The notes beneath the pieces were generated by a model. It worked only from the letters and a program-made list of their open reading frames with translations, made no database searches and was not told the origin of the DNA. Both the position numbers and the translations under genes were made by a program. Positions 55,467 to 59,639 of a stretch of DNA of 59,639 nt are shown here, piece after piece; the first letter of the stretch is position 1, and each line of letters starts with the position of its first letter. Source of the stretch: an uncultured Oscillospiraceae bacterium (lineage in GTDB: Bacteria; Bacillota; Clostridia; Oscillospirales; Oscillospiraceae); contig CANQKZ010000001.1 of the NCBI GenBank assembly GCA_947624585.1, positions 1 through 59,639 on the forward strand, read 5' to 3'.

Positions 55467-56363
55467 ATGAAGTATTCAGAGGCAAACAGGCCGCTCGTGT
55501 GTATGCAGACGCAGAGCCGGTGCTATAAGGAGACGCGGAAAATGAAGGTGCTGGGCGTTTTGTGGCACAGCACGGGGGCGAACAACCCCCAGCTCCGGCG
55601 CTATGTCCAGCCCAGCGACGACGACCCCAACAGGGAGGAGCTTTTGCGAATCCTGGGGGTCAACAAAAACCGCAACGACTGGAACCATGTCTCCGTGGGC
55701 GCCGGCCTTAACTGCTGGATCGGGAAGCTGGCGGACGGGACGGTGGCGACGGTGCAGACCATGCCGTGGGATTTCCGCCCGTGGGGGTGCGGCCACGGGA
55801 AGAAGGGGTCGTGCAATTCCGGTTGGATACAATTTGAAATGGCGGAAGATTCTTTGAACGATCCTGTATATTTTGGCGCCGTTTATAGGGAGGCTTGCGA
55901 GATCACGGCGTATTTGTGCAAGCTTTATGGAATCGACCCGCATGGGACGGTGAGGGTCAACGGGGCGGATATCCCGACGATCCTGTGCCACCACGACAGC
56001 TATGTGCTGGGGTTCGGGTCCGGGCATGTGGACGTGACGCATTGGTTTCCGAGGTTCGGGAAGTCCATGGAGACGGCCAGGGATGACGTGGCGGCCTTGC
56101 TGGCCGCCGATAAGGAGGATGAAGACGTGAGCTTTGAGAAATTCATGGAGTACATGAACCAGTACCGTGGGAGCATCCAGGACAACGACAGCGGTACATG
56201 GAGCCAGGAGGCCAGAGACTGGGCCGTTCGGACGGGAATGGTCGCCGGGATGGGGACTCTGCCCACCGGGGAGCCCAACTATGCCTGGGAGGACTTTTTG
56301 ACCAGAGAGCAGATGGCGATGCTGCTCTACCGCTTCGCACAGATGATGGGCAAGGCGTCCTGA
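55467..56363 (+). CDS. Endolysin: N-acetylmuramoyl-L-alanine amidase (Amidase_2/PGRP type) with an SLH-like C-terminal domain
   Basis: LWHSTGANNP...WGCGHG...ILCHHDSYVLGFGSGHVDVTHW is typical of amidase_2. The C-terminus WSQEARDWAVRTGMVAGMG...FLTREQMAMLLYRF resembles an S-layer homology motif. Confidence 0.75.
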   Translation: MKYSEANRPLVCMQTQSRCYKETRKMKVLGVLWHSTGANNPQLRRYVQPSDDDPNREELLRILGVNKNRNDWNHVSVGAGLNCWIGKLADGTVATVQTMPWDFRPWGCGHGKKGSCNSGWIQFEMAEDSLNDPVYFGAVYREACEITAYLCKLYGIDPHGTVRVNGADIPTILCHHDSYVLGFGSGHVDVTHWFPRFGKSMETARDDVAALLAADKEDEDVSFEKFMEYMNQYRGSIQDNDSGTWSQEARDWAVRTGMVAGMGTLPTGEPNYAWEDFLTREQMAMLLYRFAQMMGKAS

Positions 56364-56746
56364 TGAAGGGGAAGCATGAGAGGCAAAGGGAGCGGGAGGA
56401 GCAAAAGCGGGTGACGGCCCTTGGAAGGTTCATCCGGCACATGGCGGGGCTGGGATTTACCAACCGGTGCGCCATATATATCCTCCTGTTCCTTGTCGCC
56501 GGGATCGCCGGCGGATTTATCCTGGCGGTGCTGAGCATCAGATACCAGTACGCCGGGGCGCTGGCCTGCTGGACGGTGGTGTTCACGCCCATAGGGACGG
56601 CGGTCGGCGTCGTGCTGGGGAAGATCGTGGACAAAAACAGGGCGGAGAACGTGTCCGGGAACGGGGACGGGATCACCTTTGCCGCCGCCGCGGCGAAGGG
56701 ATTTGCGAAGGAAACGAAGACGGGCCAACAGAGCCCGCCTATTTAA
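56363..56746 (+). CDS. Membrane protein, holin candidate
   Basis: 127 aa with two hydrophobic segments (CAIYILLFLVAGIAGGFILAVL, LACWTVVFTPIGTAVGVVLG). The ATG overlaps the endolysin stop. Confidence 0.55.
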   Translation: MKGKHERQREREEQKRVTALGRFIRHMAGLGFTNRCAIYILLFLVAGIAGGFILAVLSIRYQYAGALACWTVVFTPIGTAVGVVLGKIVDKNRAENVSGNGDGITFAAAAAKGFAKETKTGQQSPPI

Positions 56747-56764
56747 TATAAAGGAGGGACGCGC

Positions 56765-57088
56765 ATGAATGAGTGGGTGCGACTGATCGTGTCGGCGCTG
56801 CTGACGCTGGCGACTACGATCCCGCTGGTCATCAAGCTGGTGGAGTATGTGAAGAAGACCATCAAGGAGAAAAACTGGCCGGAGGTCGTGAAGATCGTGA
56901 TGGGCTACATGGAGAGGGCCGAGAAAATGTTTGAAAAGGGCGCCGACCGTAAGGAGTGGGTGCTGGCGATGGTCAGGGCGTCCGCGGAGCTGGTCAAGTA
57001 TGAGCTGGATATGGACGCGATTTCCAGCCTTATCGACGAGCTTTGCGATATGAGCAAAATCGTGAACGCGCCGCCCAGTGTAGGGTGA
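56765..57088 (+). CDS. LL-H-type holin-like protein
   Basis: 107 aa with a single N-terminal TM (WVRLIVSALLTLATTIPLVI) followed by a charged helical region typical of the LL-H holin family. Confidence 0.6.
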   Translation: MNEWVRLIVSALLTLATTIPLVIKLVEYVKKTIKEKNWPEVVKIVMGYMERAEKMFEKGADRKEWVLAMVRASAELVKYELDMDAISSLIDELCDMSKIVNAPPSVG

Positions 57089-57113
57089 TTCGGCGCGTAG
57101 ATGGGAGGCGGAT

Positions 57114-57566
57114 ATGAGCGTGAGCGAGATCGTCGGATGGAGCGGCGGCGGGGTGCTGCTCCTGATGACGCTGATACAGATCGCCCCGATCAAGTGGAAC
57201 CCCTGGTCGTGGCTGGCGAAGATGCTTGGGAGAGCTATCAACGCCGAGGTGCTGGGGGAGATCACGAACATCAAGCAGAAGCAGACCGAGGTGCAGGAGA
57301 AGCTGGAGGAGCATATCCAGGACGACGACGAACGGGATAAAAGCCTGACGCGCCGGAGGATCCTGGAGTTCAATATAAAGCTCATGCGCGGGGAGAATTA
57401 CACGCATGAGTATTTCACCGATATGCTTCAGGACATAGACGACTACGAGGGATACTGCAAGACCCATCCGGGGTACAAGAACAACCGGGCAAGGCTCGCC
57501 ATTGAGAATATCAAGAGAGTGTATGACGAGCACGCCAGGAAGGGAGATTTTCTCGGAGGGGTGTAA
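57114..57566 (+). CDS. Membrane-anchored hypothetical protein
   Basis: 150 aa with an N-terminal TM (GGGVLLLMTLIQIAPI), followed by a strong terminator. Confidence 0.6.
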   Translation: MSVSEIVGWSGGGVLLLMTLIQIAPIKWNPWSWLAKMLGRAINAEVLGEITNIKQKQTEVQEKLEEHIQDDDERDKSLTRRRILEFNIKLMRGENYTHEYFTDMLQDIDDYEGYCKTHPGYKNNRARLAIENIKRVYDEHARKGDFLGGV

Positions 57567-57576
57567 AACAAGAAAA

Positions 57577-57613
57577 GGGGGAACCGTCGAAAGGCGGTTC
57601 CCCCTGGCTTTTT
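57577..57613 (+). terminator. Rho-independent terminator ending the late/lysis operon
   Basis: Stem GGGGGAACCG (57577-57586), 8-nt loop, stem CGGTTCCCCC (57595-57604), then TGGCTTTTT. Confidence 0.85.
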
Positions 57614-57628
57614 GATATGCTTGTCCTA

Positions 57629-57657
57629 TTTACATCACATAACGGCTGTGATATAAT
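57629..57657 (+). promoter_or_regulatory. Candidate promoter of the serine recombinase gene
   Basis: TTTACA (57629-57634), 17-nt spacer, TATAAT (57652-57657), preceded by TGa (extended -10). Confidence 0.55.
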
Positions 57658-57692
57658 ATGTTTATCATCTTTACAGAGAGAGGGGAGAGTGT

Positions 57693-59639
57693 ATGAGCGA
57701 CACGCAGAAGTTCGCGATTTACTCCCGAAAATCAAAATTCACGGAAAAGGGGGAAAGTATTGAAAACCAAATTGAGATGTGCAAGCAGTATCTCCAGCTT
57801 CACTATGGAGAAGACGCCGCCAAGGAGGCGCTGGTTTTTGAGGACGAGGGTTTTTCCGGCGGGACGTTGGATAGACCTTGCTTCAAAAAGATGATGGAGG
57901 CCGCCAATAGGGAGAGCTTTTCGGCTATCGTGGTCTATCGGCTGGACCGTATCAGCAGGAACATCGGGGATTTTGCGAAGCTGATCGAGCAGCTCAACGC
58001 GCTTGGGACAGGGTTCATCTCTATCAAGGAGCAGTTCGACACGTCCTCGCCGGTCGGGAGAGCGATGATGTACATTTCATCGGTGTTCTCTCAGCTGGAG
58101 AGGGAGACGATTGCGGAGCGTATTCGGGATAATATGCACGAGCTCAGCAAGACCGGACGGTGGCTTGGCGGGATCACGCCGACGGGGTATTGCTCCGAGG
58201 GCGTTACAAGGGTGAATGTGGACGGGAAGACGAAAAAGGCGTTTAAGCTGAAAATCATCCCGGAAGAAATAAGGATCGTAAAGCTTATTTATGATAAGTT
58301 TTTGGAGACGAATTCTCTGACGAAAACGGAGACGTTTCTGTTGAATAATGGATATGTCTCAAAAAACGGCAAAAATTATACGAGATTTTCTATCAGGGCT
58401 ATTCTGACCAATCCGGTGTATATGGTGGCGGACGAAAAGGCGTACCAATATTTTACCAGCCGAGGCGCCGATGTGTATGCCGAGGAAAAGGACTTCGACG
58501 GTTCGCATGGGGTCATGACGTATAACCGCACGCTCCAAAAAACGGGGCACGCGAATCAGATAAGGCCAATCGGAGAATGGATCGTTTCCGTTGGGCAGCA
58601 TGAGGGCGTTATCAGCGGCGAGACATGGGCGAAGGTACAGGCAAACCTGGAGGTCAATAGATCTAAGAGTTATAGAAAACCAAGGAGCCATGTGGCGCTG
58701 CTTTCCGGACTGCTGGTTTGCGGAAACTGCGGGGAGTTCATGAGGCCGAAGCTTACAAACCGGGTCAACGCTGATGGAGAGTACATTTATATGTACAAGT
58801 GCTCGATGAAGGAACGGAGCCTGCGGCATAAGTGCATGATGCGGGATTGCAACGGGAATGAGTTGGACAAGGAGATCATTGAGCAGGTCAAGGCTTTGAG
58901 CGAAGATGGGTCCGCTTTTTCCCGCCAGATTGAAAGGAACGAGAAAGAACGGGACGGAAAGGCAGACGAGTATAAAAAAGAAATCGCCCAGCTGGAAAAA
59001 GAAATTGCCGATAACGAGAACGAAATCAAAGGAATTGCCGCTGCGGTTGGAAAGGCCGGAGAGACTGCGGCGACATATCTCTTTGAACGAATCGAGGAGC
59101 TGCATAACAGAAATGTTAAGGCGAGAGAAAGAGTCGAGACGTTGAAAGAACTGACGGCGTCCAATGATATGTCCATGGCGGAGTTCGATATGCTGGCCGA
59201 TCTGCTCAGGTCGTTCCGCGGTACTGTGGATAAAATGAGCGTCGAAGAAAAAAGAGCGGCGATTAGGACGTTCGTAAAAAAGATTATCTGGGACGGGAAC
59301 AACGCGCATATGGTGTTGTTCGGTTCCGACTATGAGTATGAGTTCCCTGACGTTCCGATTGGCTTGGATACGGCAGAGAATGGGGAACACGAAAATTTTG
59401 ATGAATGGGTAGAAAGGTGGAATGTGAAGCCGTTAGGTGAGGATAGCGAACGAGATCCTCATGTATTTTCGGGCTCAGCGCAAGTCCGCCGGGGACGTGT
59501 CGCTGTCGGAGACCATCGACTCCGACGCCGAGGGGGGAAATCTGTCCCTCATGGACGTGGTTTGCGCCGAGGACGACGTTTTCGAGCGCTTGAGCTCTCA
59601 GGACGTGTACGCGCGGCTGCGCCGCCATGTGCGGGAGGG
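57693..59639 (+). CDS. Large serine recombinase (SpoIVCA/SprA-like); ORF still open at the window end
   Basis: Absent from the ORF track because no in-frame stop occurs before 59639. ATG 57693 follows AGGGGAGAG. The resolvase catalytic domain has AIYSRKSK (Ser nucleophile), VVYRLDRISRN and QLERETIAERI. There is a recombinase domain, a zinc ribbon (CGNCG...YKCS..RHKC) and a coiled coil (EIAQLEKEIADNENEIK). Recognisable homology ends near 59390. Confidence 0.9.
   Translation, partial: MSDTQKFAIYSRKSKFTEKGESIENQIEMCKQYLQLHYGEDAAKEALVFEDEGFSGGTLDRPCFKKMMEAANRESFSAIVVYRLDRISRNIGDFAKLIEQLNALGTGFISIKEQFDTSSPVGRAMMYISSVFSQLERETIAERIRDNMHELSKTGRWLGGITPTGYCSEGVTRVNVDGKTKKAFKLKIIPEEIRIVKLIYDKFLETNSLTKTETFLLNNGYVSKNGKNYTRFSIRAILTNPVYMVADEKAYQYFTSRGADVYAEEKDFDGSHGVMTYNRTLQKTGHANQIRPIGEWIVSVGQHEGVISGETWAKVQANLEVNRSKSYRKPRSHVALLSGLLVCGNCGEFMRPKLTNRVNADGEYIYMYKCSMKERSLRHKCMMRDCNGNELDKEIIEQVKALSEDGSAFSRQIERNEKERDGKADEYKKEIAQLEKEIADNENEIKGIAAAVGKAGETAATYLFERIEELHNRNVKARERVETLKELTASNDMSMAEFDMLADLLRSFRGTVDKMSVEEKRAAIRTFVKKIIWDGNNAHMVLFGSDYEYEFPDVPIGLDTAENGEHENFDEWVERWNVKPLGEDSERDPHVFSGSAQVRRGRVAVGDHRLRRRGGKSVPHGRGLRRGRRFRALELSGRVRAAAPPCAGG
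59430..59465. other. Approximate prophage/host junction (attR)
   Basis: Host-like sigK coding sequence starts between 59437 and 59449. A 7-bp inverted repeat TGAGGAT(10 nt)ATCCTCA lies at 59438-59461. The exact crossover cannot be placed without attL or attB. Confidence 0.45.
59437..59639 (+). CDS. sigK: 3' segment of a split sigK-like sporulation sigma factor gene (partial)
   Basis: The frame with position mod 3 = 1 reads (VRIA)NEILMYFRAQRKSAGDVSLSETIDSDAEGGNLSLMDVVCAEDDVFERL. B. subtilis SigK, as recalled, reads [41 protein letters not shown]. The match is closer to SigK than to SigE ([23 protein letters not shown]). No start codon is present and TAG lies at 59434. Confidence 0.7.
   Translation, partial: MRIANEILMYFRAQRKSAGDVSLSETIDSDAEGGNLSLMDVVCAEDDVFERLSSQDVYARLRRHVRE

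Overview
The window is about 59.4 kb of a high-GC siphovirus-type prophage, typical of spore-forming Clostridia. Nearly all genes are on the + strand. All calls come from reading motifs by eye; no searches were run.

Gene order, left to right:
- A visibly lower-GC regulatory island with a minus-strand sigma-like gene.
- An early/replication module: a short tyrosine recombinase, an interrupted P-loop NTPase, a YonO-like two-barrel RNA polymerase, a metallophosphoesterase and an HU-like protein.
- Packaging and head genes: TerS, TerL, portal, scaffold/protease and major capsid.
- A long tail module: major tail protein, chaperones, a 2402-aa tape measure, Dit, Tal, and fibre genes including a collagen-like fibre and two paralogous fibre-tip genes.
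- A second tyrosine recombinase, then the lysis genes (amidase and holin candidates).
- A large serine recombinase. The ORF track omits it because it has no stop codon inside the window.

The last ~200 bp are not phage. They read as the 3' part of a sigK-like sporulation sigma factor gene. The element is therefore a skin-like intervening prophage that splits sigK. Its left end lies beyond the window.

Main non-coding and mobile content:
1. Two related group I introns, each with an HNH-like ORF, split the RNA polymerase gene and terL.
2. A 167-nt palindromic MITE-like element is present twice. One copy splits the P-loop NTPase gene.
3. About 13 intergenic gaps are filled with mosaic arrays of short GC-rich hairpin units, roughly 5 kb in total. 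The units recur in a conserved order and show compensatory stem changes between copies. I cannot assign them to a known family, and I consider them the most novel signal in the window.
4. A ~720-bp ORF-free, hairpin-rich region sits between the early and packaging modules.

Many long minus-strand ORFs in the track are GC-driven shadow ORFs and are not called.
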